Position numbers and translations under genes: made by a program. Below are positions 1 to 9,879 of a DNA stretch of 40,706 bases, piece by piece. Under the pieces are notes generated by a model. It was not told the DNA's origin and did no database searches. It saw only the letters and a list, made by a program, of their open reading frames with translations. This stretch comes from Octopus bimaculoides (taxonomy: Eukaryota). The stretch's first letter is position 1. Every line of letters begins with the position of its first letter. The DNA lies in contig NC_068987.1 of NCBI RefSeq assembly GCF_001194135.2, positions 75,705,358 through 75,746,063 of the forward strand. Reading direction: 5' to 3'.

Positions 1-294
1 AAACATTTTCTCTTATGAAATATTATATGGGAGTTGTGTTGGTAAAAAATGTTAATGAATAATAATTGAATAGAAAATTTTGATGGGAAATTAGATATTT
101 TTATCTTTAGTTCTCAGCAATGCAAATTCATTCGAACTTATTTACTGGAAGATTTTGCAAGAAAATAGGAGTTGAAAAAAAGGAATTAGTGAAATTGAAG
201 GAAAATGTTTGGGCGATAAACGTTTACTGAAAAGGATCGCTGTTTAGGTGCAAGTCAGATGCGTTCGAGCAGAGTTAAGATCAAAAGCATCATT

Positions 295-682
295 TCATCT
301 TTTACTTGCTTCAGTCATTTCACAGCGGCCATGCTGGAGCACCGCTTTGACGGGTTTTAGTCGAACAAATCGACCTTGGAATATTATTCTTGAAACCTAG
401 TACTTATTCGTTCGCTCTCTTTTGCCGAAGCACTAATGCTACAGGGGCGTAAACACACCAACACCGGTTGTCAAGTGATGGTGAGGGACAAACAGACAAA
501 TACACACACACACATATATATCCACGACGGGCTTCTTTCAGTTTTTGTCTGCGAAATCGACTCACAAGTCTTTGGTCGGCCCAAGGCTATAGTAGAAGAC
601 ACTTGCCCAAGATGCCACACAGTAGGACTGAATCCGGAACTATTGTGGTTGGGAAGCAAGCTTCTTTCCATACAGCCACGCC
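295..682 (-). mobile_element. tRNA-derived SINE, family B, near full length
   Basis: The minus strand reads GGCGTGGCTGTATGG...TTCCGGATTCAGTCC (A/B-box-like head), then the central GCAAGTGTCTTCTACTATAGCC...GACCAAAGAC domain and the 3' GCTCCAGCATGGCCGC tail. It is homologous to the copies at 2170, 23267 and 34526. The match to named octopus families (OK/OR1/OR2) was not determined. Confidence 0.88.
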
Positions 683-914
683 TTATCTGTCATTTTGTTT
701 TGTAGATATAATAAAAGGAACAAAATCTCGTGTTCTTTCCTTACACAAGACGGCAGAATTGAAAATGAGGGCTGTGGCTACTATTTCTAGCAGGTTGAAA
801 GACTGCAGAAGAGGCTCTATCATTTGGCTTTGTCCTAAAAGGTCTACCCACAAAGTAATATTGAGAGGAACTGCAAATGAATCCACCTTACTATACTCTG
901 GTGTTAAGAGCCAA

Positions 915-1030
915 TAGGGGAGCTTCTACGTGATATCTTGACTTGCAAGAAATAACAGCCAAATCTCCCGCAAGTTACACATCTCACTTCTTTTTTTTAA
1001 AGAGTGAGTACATTGGATAATGTGAAGAAG
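915..1030 (+). repeat. Unclassified interspersed repeat fragment
   Basis: GGGAGCTTCTACGTGAT...AGAAATAACAGCCAAATCTC...CATTGGATAATGT resembles degenerate segments at about 14120-14230 and 16380-16480. Confidence 0.45.
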
Positions 1031-1614
1031 TATGTTTGTCATAGAAAATGATTGTAGTTTGAACAGCATTGAAAACAAATGCGTTTGAAACTTGATTTCT
1101 ATTGGGATTGGAAACCTGAACTTCTAATTTACTGACTGGAAAGCTCGGCTTTGCCAGTGATGCTTAACAAAAGAAAATATAGTCGACTGATACTTTTGAT
1201 CATTGTATTTTTCCTTGTATAGAAACAAAAGAAATGTTTTTGTTGGTATCGTTTGACTGATCAGAAGTGTTAGTTCGACTTAACTTGGCTCGGCAGTTCC
1301 TAACTCATCCTTTTAACTCTATTTATAAAAATAACCAACGAGTGGCTCATTCAACAGTTGCCGCTTAGCTTCCACAAGGGGATCACATCAGAGATGACAT
1401 TTAGCTGTTACCCTTAGGCTAACTGCAGTCAACAACAACATAAAATATTTGGCGACTACATCGACTCACTATACAATGTTACTGACACACTCACACATAC
1501 TGCAGACTCTTGTAGACTCTTATCAAAAACTACTATCAATCAATAAAGCTGGCGTTGACATACTTATACACACACAATTCTATATAGACATGATCAGCAG
1601 GCGTGGAAACTTAC

Positions 1615-1673
1615 CAAATATAATTCTCCTTCTGTCTTTTCAGCTTGTAGCAGTTCAGAGTATTTTTGTCGAA
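1615..1673 (-). CDS. Candidate isolated 59-nt coding exon (unknown gene)
   Basis: Minus-strand acceptor ctatttattttcttcaag| and donor TTG|gtaagt. Two frames are open (xRQKYSELLQAEKTEGELYL or FDKNTLNCYKLKRQKENYI). No homology was recognised. Confidence 0.3.
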
Positions 1674-1955
1674 CTTGAAGAAAATAAATAGCTTTCATAT
1701 CTCAGACAAGAATTGTCAGTTATTCTTTTCAAAACACATCACTTCTAAAACTATTTTTTTTTCAACGTACCGTTTACATTCGTAAGCCAAACATTTACAC
1801 TGCTCGCCCAATATTAACTGAACCCTTACATGTCTGATTCAGACTAACTTGGGGTTAATTTCTGGCAACTGTTATTCATTTTATCGACCTGTATAAAAGG
1901 GAATATAAAGTTGTCGCTGGCTGGATTTGAACTTACGTCATACAATAATATACAG

Positions 1956-2121
1956 ACGCAGGCATGGCTATGAGGCTGAAAAGCTCGCTTTGCAATCACG
2001 CAGTTTCAGAGTTCAGTCCCGCTGTGCAGCACCTTGGGCAGTGTTTTCTACTAAAGATCCGGGCCAACCAATCTCCTGTGACTAAATTTGGTATATGGAA
2101 ACTGTGTGGAAGCTCGTCGCA
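1956..2121 (+). mobile_element. SINE family B, 5' part, diverged
   Basis: GCAGGCATGGCT...GAGTTCAGTCCCGCTGTGCAGCACCTTGGGCAGTGTTTTCTACTA...GGAAACTG aligns to the 2170-2335 copy. Confidence 0.8.
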
Positions 2122-2169
2122 TATATTATTTATTATTATTATTATCATATATTTATACATAAATATATA

Positions 2170-2335
2170 GGCGAAGGAATGACAGTGTGGTAAGTAACTT
2201 GCTTACTAACCACATGGTTCCGGGTTCAGTCCAACTGCTTGGCGCCCTGGGCTAGTGTCTTCTACTATAACCTAGGGCCGACCAAAGCCTTGTGAATGGA
2301 TATGGTAGACGGAAACTGAAAGAAGCCCGTTGTAT
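2170..2335 (+). mobile_element. SINE family B, 5' part running into (TA)n and a gap
   Basis: GTGTGGTAAG...CCACATGGTTCCGGGTTCAGTCC...GACCAAAGCCTTGTGAATGGATATGGTAGACGGAAACTGAAAGAAGCCCG. Confidence 0.88.
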
Positions 2336-2359
2336 GTGTGTATATATATATATATATAT

Positions 2360-2930
2360 NNNNNNNNNNNNNNNNNNNNNNNNNNNNNNNNNNNNNNNNN
2401 NNNNNNNNNNNNNNNNNNNNNNNNNNNNNNNNNNNNNNNNNNNNNNNNNNNNNNNNNNNNNNNNNNNNNNNNNNNNNNNNNNNNNNNNNNNNNNNNNNNN
2501 NNNNNNNNNNNNNNNNNNNNNNNNNNNNNNNNNNNNNNNNNNNNNNNNNNNNNNNNNNNNNNNNNNNNNNNNNNNNNNNNNNNNNNNNNNNNNNNNNNNN
2601 NNNNNNNNNNNNNNNNNNNNNNNNNNNNNNNNNNNNNNNNNNNNNNNNNNNNNNNNNNNNNNNNNNNNNNNNNNNNNNNNNNNNNNNNNNNNNNNNNNNN
2701 NNNNNNNNNNNNNNNNNNNNNNNNNNNNNNNNNNNNNNNNNNNNNNNNNNNNNNNNNNNNNNNNNNNNNNNNNNNNNNNNNNNNNNNNNNNNNNNNNNNN
2801 NNNNNNNNNNNNNNNNNNNNNNNNNNNNNNNNNNNNNNNNNNNNNNNNNNNNNNNNNNNNNNNNNNNNNNNNNNNNNNNNNNNNNNNNNNNNNNNNNNNN
2901 NNNNNNNNNNNNNNNNNNNNNNNNNNNNNT
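2360..2930. other. Assembly gap flanked by (TA)n. Other gaps: 7885-8043, 9516-9525, 11445-11798, 20517-20821, 27934-28620, 30971-31558, 32106-32206, 33641-33650
   Basis: Runs of N, mostly abutting microsatellites. Confidence 0.99.
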
Positions 2931-3194
2931 ATATATATAATATATATATACCTATATATCTATCTATACACTTATCTGTAAGTATATATTTTTTCTACAA
3001 ATGTGTTGTTCATGTGGAAAACATTTTATAACGTTATCATTTCCCCCTCCTCCTCCTTTTCATTTTTATTACATATAATGCGCGCTTTCACTGCATAACT
3101 GAACACAGCTTTATGTGCCTTGTGTACATACTGAGCTTTGAGTCTTGTCTTCTGTTGTATTGAAATTACCGTACGTAATATGAATAGTGTCTAG

Positions 3195-3403
3195 GGCGGC
3201 GAGCGAGCAGAATAACGCGCCGTGTAAGATGCTTAGCTGCATATCGTAGTCTTTACGCTCTGCGTTCAAATTCCGATGGGTCGGCTTTACCATTTATCCT
3301 TTTGGGGTCGATAAAATAAATGTAAGTTGAGTACTGGTGTCGATCTAATCAACTTAACCTCTTCCCCGAAATTGCTGGACTTGTGTCGAAATCTGAAACC
3401 AAT
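3195..3403 (+). mobile_element. SINE family A, diverged
   Basis: GGCGGCGAGC...GTTCAAATTCCG...ATCCTTTTGGGGTCGATAAAATAA...GTCGATCTAATCAAC...GAAATTGCTGGACTTGTG matches the family-A pattern seen in many copies here. Confidence 0.82.
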
Positions 3404-3490
3404 ATGTAAGCAGCGTGTAGCAGTACAATTTTCTGCAAGTTGTGTATATGTGTAATTCCTAGATTTTTCGTTAACTAGTTGTCAGTATAC

Positions 3491-3735
3491 CTTAATCATT
3501 CCCAAGGAACCGATTATAATAGATATTGCTTCCATCCTCTGTCCTCATATTCTTGTTTTATTTCCATATCATCATATTTGGAAAAAAGCATTTCTTTTAG
3601 AAATACATTATCGTGTGTAGGGACTGATTCCTCGATTAAGAAGCATTCTTTCCTGGTGGTCCTCAACAACAATATCCGGTCGATCTTCCTTGATCTCCCT
3701 TCCTGTGTGGATAGGCTTATCTCAATCTATTACAC
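3491..3735 (-). mobile_element. Decayed non-LTR retrotransposon fragment, restriction-like endonuclease domain (R4/Dong/NeSL-type)
   Basis: Minus-strand translation gives DKPIHTGREIKEDRPDIVVEDHQE, then across frameshifts FLIEESVPTHDNVFLKEM and EAISIIIGSLGMIK. This is the RPD..D/E..K signature of RLE-bearing LINEs. Confidence 0.75.
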
Positions 3736-3781
3736 CATTACACCATTTCACGTGAATATTTTTACCATCTCTCTTCAAAGC

Positions 3782-3992
3782 AAGTGAGCTGATAGAATCA
3801 TTAGTGACTCAGACAAAGTACTTGACAGCATTTCTCTGAGCTCTACTTTTTGGGTTCAAACTCCGCTGAGGTTAATTTTGGCTTTCTTCCCACAGAAGTC
3901 CATAAAATAAGTACCAGTTGAACACTAGAGTCGATGTAATCGATTTCTCACTCCTTTCAAACTACTGGTCTTGTACCGAAATTTTAAATCAT
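3782..3992 (+). mobile_element. SINE family A, strongly diverged
   Basis: GTGAGCTGATAGAATCATTAG...GGTTCAAACTCCGCTGAGG...AAAATAAGTACCAGTTGAACACT...GTCGATGTAATCGA. Confidence 0.75.
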
Positions 3993-4044
3993 GTTTTTAC
4001 CTTCTCCATTTTTTCTTTTATTAGTGTTATATTTACATCAATTT

Positions 4045-4310
4045 CGTGGATGCACATGGCCTAGTGGTTAGAGCAGCGGTCGAGGGATCGCGGGTTCGAA
4101 ACTCAGACTGGCCGATGTGTGTGTTTATGAGCGAAACACCTAAGCTGATATTTCGTTCGTCGTTATGCTCTAGGTTCAAATGCCTCCGGGATCAACTTTT
4201 TCCTATAATCCTTTCGGAGTCGATAAAAATCAGTACCAGTTGAAAATTGGGGGGCGATGTAATCGACTTGACACCGGAATTGCTGGCTTTCTACTAAAAT
4301 TTGAAACCCA
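4045..4310 (+). mobile_element. SINE family C head (4045-4146) abutting a family A 3' part (about 4150-4310)
   Basis: TGGCCTAGTGGTTAGAGC (A box), GGGTTCGAAACTC (B box) and TGAGCGAAACACCTAAGCT match the head of the 9365-9815 element. The following sequence switches to family A. Confidence 0.75.
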
Positions 4311-4311
4311 T

Positions 4312-4720
4312 ATTTTATGCTGCGTTCGTACATTCTTCGTATCTCTTGAATCCTTTTTTTTTCTCATTGGAACAAGACTTATCAATATGGTGAGTATTAT
4401 CTAAAGCTATATCTGGTTTCCTGGCAGCGGTGGGTTGACACATGTGGCATTCATAATCGTAACGCAATTTCTTCTTATTTTTCCAGTGTGGTCGGTCTAT
4501 CTCTTTATTCCATCAGGCTTTTATGCCACACTGAATGTATCTTCCAACCACTTCTTAATTTATTCAAATACTGTTATGTCTATTAATGTATTGTTATATC
4601 TTTTACCATAATCATTTCCAGCAAGTATTTTAAATCCAAACAACAGATGATAAACAGCTTCCGTCTTTTCTTTCTATAGCTTAATACTGATTGTCTCTTC
4701 TATTTCGCTTGATTTTCTTC
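4312..4720 (-). mobile_element. Second decayed RLE-type LINE fragment (CCHC knuckle region plus endonuclease)
   Basis: Minus strand gives KTEAVYHLLFGFKILAGNDYGKRYN (compare ET..H..SGC..LA..EY..RHN) and NKKKLRYDYECHMCQPTAARKPDIALDNTHHIDKSCSNEK (compare WDF...ARRPD...IDM.CP.E). Confidence 0.7.
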
Positions 4721-4934
4721 CGTTTTTGTTGTTACTTTTAGAAAGAAGTAAATGGTATAATCCGTAGAGACGTACAGTTCTTATTTATATCTCTTTAAGA
4801 ATTGAAGTTCAAATCTCGATTGGTTCAGATTCTTTCTACCTTTCTAGGTGTCGAAAACAGAAGTAACAGTCAAGTACCATCGTCCATTTAACGAAAATAC
4901 CGGCTTTCGACCAATGCAAATAATAATAATACGT

Positions 4935-5102
4935 TCTACTATAGGCACAAGGCCTGAAATTTTGGGGGAGGGGGCCAGTCGATTTGATCGACACAGTACA
5001 CAACTGGTACTTAAATTATCAACCCTGAAAGGATGAAAGGCAAAGTCGACCACGGCGGAATTTGAACTCAGCGTGCTGACGTTTCTGCTAACTCGCCGCC
5101 GT
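4935..5102 (-). mobile_element. SINE family A with internal deletion
   Basis: Reverse complement of the family-A pattern, flanked by (TAA)n. Confidence 0.85.
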
Positions 5103-5123
5103 AATAATAATAATAATAATAAT

Positions 5124-5337
5124 CCTTTCTACTGGAGGCAGAAGGCCTGAAATTTTGGGGCAGGGGTTAAGTCGATTACATCGATCTCAGTATTCATCTG
5201 GTACTTAATTTATTGACCCCCGAAAGGATGAAAGACAAAGTCGACCTCGGCAGAATTTGAACTCAGAAAATAAAGATGGATTAAATGCCGCTAAGCATTT
5301 TTCCCGGTGTGGTAACGATTCTGCCACCTCGCCGCCT
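5124..5337 (-). mobile_element. SINE family A, full-length monomer
   Basis: Complete head-to-tail match on the minus strand, between (TAA)n tracts. Confidence 0.88.
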
Positions 5338-5382
5338 CAATAATAATAATAATAATAATAACAATAATAATGATAATAATGC

Positions 5383-5474
5383 TTTCCACAATAGGCGCAA
5401 GGTCTGAAATTTAGGGGGAGGGGGCTAGGCGATTACGTCGACGCCACTAGTTAACTGGTATCTATTTTTATCGA
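5383..5474 (-). mobile_element. SINE family A, 3' fragment
   Basis: ATAGGCGCAAGGTCTGAAATTTAGGGGAGGGG...AACTGGTATC. Confidence 0.72.
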
Positions 5475-5489
5475 GTTATAATTATTAAG

Positions 5490-5678
5490 GGGTGCGCTGG
5501 ACGAAACGCTTAGCGGTATTTCGCCTATCCGAGTTCCGAGTTCAAATTCCACCGAGGTCGACTTTACTTTTCATCCTTTTAGGGTTGGTGAATTAAGTAC
5601 CAGTGAAATACTGGGATAAATGTAATCGACTTATCCCCTCCTCCAAAACCGCTACCCTTGTGGCTAAATTTGAAACCA
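5490..5678 (+). mobile_element. SINE family A
   Basis: GAAACGCTTAGCGGTATTTCG...GAGTTCAAATTCCACCGAGGTCGACTTTAC...TTTGAAACC followed by (ATT)n. Confidence 0.85.
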
Positions 5679-6159
5679 TTATTATTATTATCATCTTGCC
5701 CGCGTTACTCAGACGGCAAATAACGATATCCCATAAGTTGACGCGGTGTTTTGAAAATTTCTCCGACGAAAGTTGGAATTTTTATTGTTATAATTTTTGA
5801 AAATACATTCTGGGAAAAAGGGGAACTAAAAACACTCTCGGTATCTTCTCTAATTAAAAGAGAAACATTTATTTTTACCACGTCGTCTACAGTCAGCAGA
5901 TAAACATTTTTATTAAAAATGACATGTTTTATGTTTGAAGAGGGAAGGTCCGTGGGAGGCAGCCATAACAGACGTGGTTGCTATAACGCTGAAGCTGTCG
6001 TCTGCATCGATAAACTCGTCTGTCAAAGCATACATAAAAGAAAACAAACATTTCCGAAGGTTTGTAGAGGAGACAAATAAGAAAAGAAGGTCTTGGACTG
6101 ACAGTGTCATGGAGCCTTACAGTAATGAGACTAAAAGCGGCACCAGTATAAATTCCACT

Positions 6160-6425
6160 GCCACCACCATCACGACTACCATTAAAACTGCCGCCAGAAG
6201 CTTTAACATGAATATCATGGAGAACATCAACAAGAACAACAAAAGGAAGAGTAAACAGCGGTGGCAACACTGCCATCACCAAAATCATCAACGACAACTC
6301 CAGTCACATGACAGTAACAAGAGAAATAAAGCCATCATCATCACCATTAACGTTGTCGTCGCCATCATCATCATCATCATCATCATCAATCTAACAATAA
6401 CATCATCGTTGTCATCACCATCATG
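6160..6425. repeat. Mosaic trinucleotide low-complexity tract (CAC/CAT/CAA)n
   Basis: Direct inspection. Confidence 0.85.
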
Positions 6426-6439
6426 ACAAAAATTGAATT

Positions 6440-6708
6440 GGCACTCCGTCTGAACATGGTGCTCGTGAAATTAACGTGCAAGTGGCTGAGCACTCCACAG
6501 ACACGTGTTTTCTCAACGCGTGTTTAGGCAGATTCAGCATGACACAAGATGTAACAAAGCTGGCTCTTTGAAACATAAGTACAACTCATGTTTGCCAGCT
6601 AAGTGAAATAAAGTGTCTTGCTCAAGGACACAACGCGCCGCCGGGAATCGATCTCATGACCTAATGATCGTGAGCCGAATACTCCTAACCTATAAGCCAC
6701 GCGCCTTC
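6440..6708 (-). mobile_element. tRNA-SINE sharing the family C 3' domain but with a different 5'/central part
   Basis: GCTCGTGAAATTAACGTGCAAGTGGCTGAGCACTCCACAGACACGTG is identical to 9441-9487. The head reads (minus) GAAGGCGCGTGGCTTATAGGTTAGG...GAGATCGATTCCCGG...TGTGTCCTTGAGCAAGACACTTT. Confidence 0.82.
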
Positions 6709-6736
6709 ATTCATTATCATCATTATTATCAAATAA

Positions 6737-6920
6737 GGCGGTGAGCTGGCAGAATCGTTAGCACGCTGGTCGCAATGCTTGGTTCTGAGTTCAAATTCCG
6801 CCGAGGTCGACTCTGCCTTTCATCCTTTCGATAAAATAAGTACTAGTTGAACACTGGGGTCGATGTAATCGAGTCATGTCTACCTTCCAAAAGCTGTCCC
6901 TGTAGCAAAAATTTGAAATA
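6737..6920 (+). mobile_element. SINE family A
   Basis: GGCGGTGAGCTGGCAGAATCGTTAGCACG...GTTCAAATTCCGCCGAGGTCGAC...GTCGATGTAATCGA. Confidence 0.87.
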
Positions 6921-7459
6921 ATTCTTATCAAATGATGAAATATTCAAATAATGAAAGTAACACCAAAAAAAAAAAAAAAAGAAATGTGCCTGCTTTGCAA
7001 GAGCTAGCAATACTTGGGCTTATTGCAACTCTCAGACTAAGGAAAAAAAGAAAGAAAGAAAGGAAAAAAATGAATTCATATGACGTGTGACGCCTCATAA
7101 TACGTTCCACGGCGATAGTGCTTTCTGATGACGAAATAAATTATCAATAGACAAACACGGTTTTTACATGTACATTTATGATATAAACGAGAAGAGGGCA
7201 AGCTACTCAACTAACATAGCCTCTGAAAAAGTTTGTATAATTCCTAATGACATCAGCTGTAGTTCTGTCATATGGACGGCTCAAATACAACAGATTTTAT
7301 TCGCAACAGTAGAGAAACATGGAAGGGTAATAGACAAAAGTTTTGCCTTCCATACAAAATATCTCGAAACTCGGATGAAATTCACACACGTATAGTTTGT
7401 AAAATATACTGACCTGTTTCATAATTGATGGTGTTTGTGTATGTATGTGTATCCTCGGA

Positions 7460-9340
7460 GTGTTACTGGTAATATGTTACCCAAAACAATCTGGCACATA
7501 GTCGGGTCTTACCTGGTAACATCACCATGGTTGCTTGGTGAGGAGGTCGATTATTCGACACCCTGCAAAAGGAAAAGCAAGATCCGTCAAAGGGCAGAGG
7601 AACTCACATGAGTCAACGGCCATTCATTCAAAGTCTGCTTTTCATTAGTCTCGTGGAATTTTTGCACCAACTGTTGCGATCGGCAGTACGAGAAAGTGTG
7701 AATGGTCTCACAGAAACCATTACGACTCGACAAAATGTCACTGTATGGATTGTACAAAGGATTTGCATACTGGACGTTTTATCAAGATGATTCTGAAAAA
7801 GGAAAAGAAAAAGAGGAAAACGTAAAATTCTTTGGTCCTCATTCGACAACAAAGTCCATCATCTATCTATCTATCTATATATATNNNNNNNNNNNNNNNN
7901 NNNNNNNNNNNNNNNNNNNNNNNNNNNNNNNNNNNNNNNNNNNNNNNNNNNNNNNNNNNNNNNNNNNNNNNNNNNNNNNNNNNNNNNNNNNNNNNNNNNN
8001 NNNNNNNNNNNNNNNNNNNNNNNNNNNNNNNNNNNNNNNNNNNATATATATATATATACACACATACACACAGAAATATAACTCCTTAGATTCTTGTTCT
8101 TGCGGTCAAGCTGATGGGAAAAATTTACAAACACCACAGATATAAATACACACACAAAGTAAGCACGTAAAATAGTACTCGAATACCAAAGGTAGAGTAA
8201 ATGATTTCATTAAAGCTACAAAATTATCACAAAACTGTTACTCAGAGTTTCACTTCCTGTTCGTTGAATACTATTCATCACAACTGTGCAACGAACGGGA
8301 ACGCGAAACTGAGTAATTTTGGGATAATTTTGCAGTTTTAATAAAAAATATGTGTGTGTGTGTGTGTGTGTGTCAAGGCATTTTGTTTTAAGGCGGGACA
8401 AAGGGATCTCAATATATAATGTGGGGTATTTGTTTTATAATAGGTAAGAATATTACAAGAGGTATGTATATTAACCAGTTCGATTTTTTGTTTTCTGGTC
8501 CAAAAGATATCAAAGCGTAAATGCAGCTAAAACTCAAGTTTTTTTTTTTCCAGAGGCAGATATAGGCATCAATCAAAAAAATTTAATATGAAATCAATCA
8601 AGAAAGACTAAAGCTCAGGAATAAAATGTTCTTGAAAAATTTGTAGCTCAGATAGGAGGAAAAATCGGTCATTTATTATTATTAGCTGCAAATGTTCGAG
8701 AATCAATAGGAGTCTTTGAAAAAATAATAACAACGACAACCGACAAAATTCTTGGTAAAAGGGATAGAAAGCTCAGAATGCTTAGATAAATAAAGATGTT
8801 TTAATCAGTTGTGATGAAAGAAGAGATCTAAAACAGAAACGAAACGAAAATGAAGCGGCAGAAAATGGAATATAGATTAGGCTATAAGAAAGTAAAAAAT
8901 GGAAATTAGGGCAGCAAAATATACATGAATTAACGAAAGATGTAAAGGAATTGAAAGAAATTATGGAGCAAAAAGCCAAGGAAATTATACAAAATAGTAA
9001 GCAAAGAAGAATACCTACATAAGTAACTAAAGAATAGACTTAAATGTCAGATTGTTGAAGATAAATATGGTATTCTGCTAATCAAAATAAATAAAATAAA
9101 GGATAAATGGAGAGGATAGTGAAAGGAACTGTGTGGCGACAAAGCGGAGGTAGGTATTAACATGCTAAGTCTATTAAGAAATGAAATTCCCTTTCTTATG
9201 CAGTGAAAACCTGAAATCAGAATAAGTTACACAAACAAGCAGGAAACTAGAATGTAATAAATTAGCTAGGACAGATATTGCAAATGTAAAATTATCGAAG
9301 ACGTGAATACTTTATTGAAATTCTTAGTGAATTTTAAAAG
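7460..9340 (+). mobile_element. Fragmented RTE-clade LINE: 5' UTR, AP-endonuclease remnants and endonuclease-RT linker, interrupted by microsatellites, a gap and a hairpin element
   Basis: The 5' UTR is homologous to 10161-10225 and 10515-10635. Remnant motifs: NVTVWIV (WNV motif, about 7730), NQFDF (8473), PEADIG (8550), EKFVAQIGGK (8634), TDKILGKR, DVLISCDERRDLKQKR and DKYGILL...KDKW. There are many stops and frameshifts. Confidence 0.78.
8209..8342. repeat. Imperfect palindrome (about 55-bp arms, 22-nt loop) made of two head-to-head decayed hammerhead-like motifs
   Basis: The left arm (minus) reads CAACGA-AC-AGGAA-GT-GAA-ACTC.T.GAGT-A-ACAG. The right arm (plus) reads CTGT-GCAACGA-ACG.GGAA.CGC-GAAAC-TGAGT-A. 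Confidence 0.65.
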
Positions 9341-9364
9341 AATGTTTTATGTAAAGACCGAAAT

Positions 9365-9815
9365 GATGATGGTGATGATGATGGCACTCCGTCGCTTACG
9401 ACGTCGAAGGTTCCAGTCGATCCGATCAACGGAACAACCTGCTCGTGAAATTAACGTGCAAGTGGCTGAGCACTCCACAGACACGTGTACCCTTAACGTA
9501 GTTCTCGGGGATATTNNNNNNNNNNCACTCCACAGACACGTGTACCCTTAACGTAGTTCTCGGGGATATTCAGCGTGACACAGAGTGACAAGGCTGACCC
9601 TTTGAATTACAGGCACAACAGAAACAAGAAGTAAGAGTGAGAGAAAGTTGTGGTGAAAGAGTACGGCAGGATTCGCCACCATCTCCTGCCGGAGCTTCGT
9701 GGAGCTTTAGGTGTTTTCGCTCAATAAGCACTCACAACGCCCGGTCTGGGAATCGAAACCGCGATCCTATGACTGCAAGTCAACTACCCTAACTACTGGG
9801 CCATTGCGCCTCCAC
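9365..9815 (-). mobile_element. Full-length tRNA-SINE family C with (ATC)n-like tail and 12-bp TSD
   Basis: A box TGGCCCAGTAGTTAGG and B box GGTTTCGATTCCC. TSD AAAGACCGAAAT lies at 9353-9364 and 9816-9827. Confidence 0.92.
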
Positions 9816-9879
9816 AAAGACCGAAATAGATAGAATCAATTTATATAACACCATCAGAGAAGATCAAAACGAAAACTGA

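Noticed and set aside
694-917. Acceptor-like site and open frame in ORF 468-917
   Set aside because: The 5' half is SINE B. The rest has no recognisable product apart from a faint RT-like PKRSTH motif, which is too weak to call.
4935-5690. Recurring GTCGAT..ATCGAC palindromic repeats resembling a CRISPR array
   Set aside because: These are internal SINE motifs with irregular spacing and mixed orientation, in a eukaryotic context with no cas genes.
7125-7137. CTGATGA-C-GAAA
   Set aside because: There is no room for stem II and no stem III or cleavage triplet.
9471-9570. Exact 45-bp tandem duplication inside the SINE
   Set aside because: The two copies flank a 10-N gap, which indicates an unmerged contig overlap rather than biology.
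9720-9815. tRNA-like sequences with A and B boxes (also 4045-4110, 6640-6708 and SINE B heads)
   Set aside because: They run directly into SINE bodies and lack a complete cloverleaf, so they are not tRNA genes.
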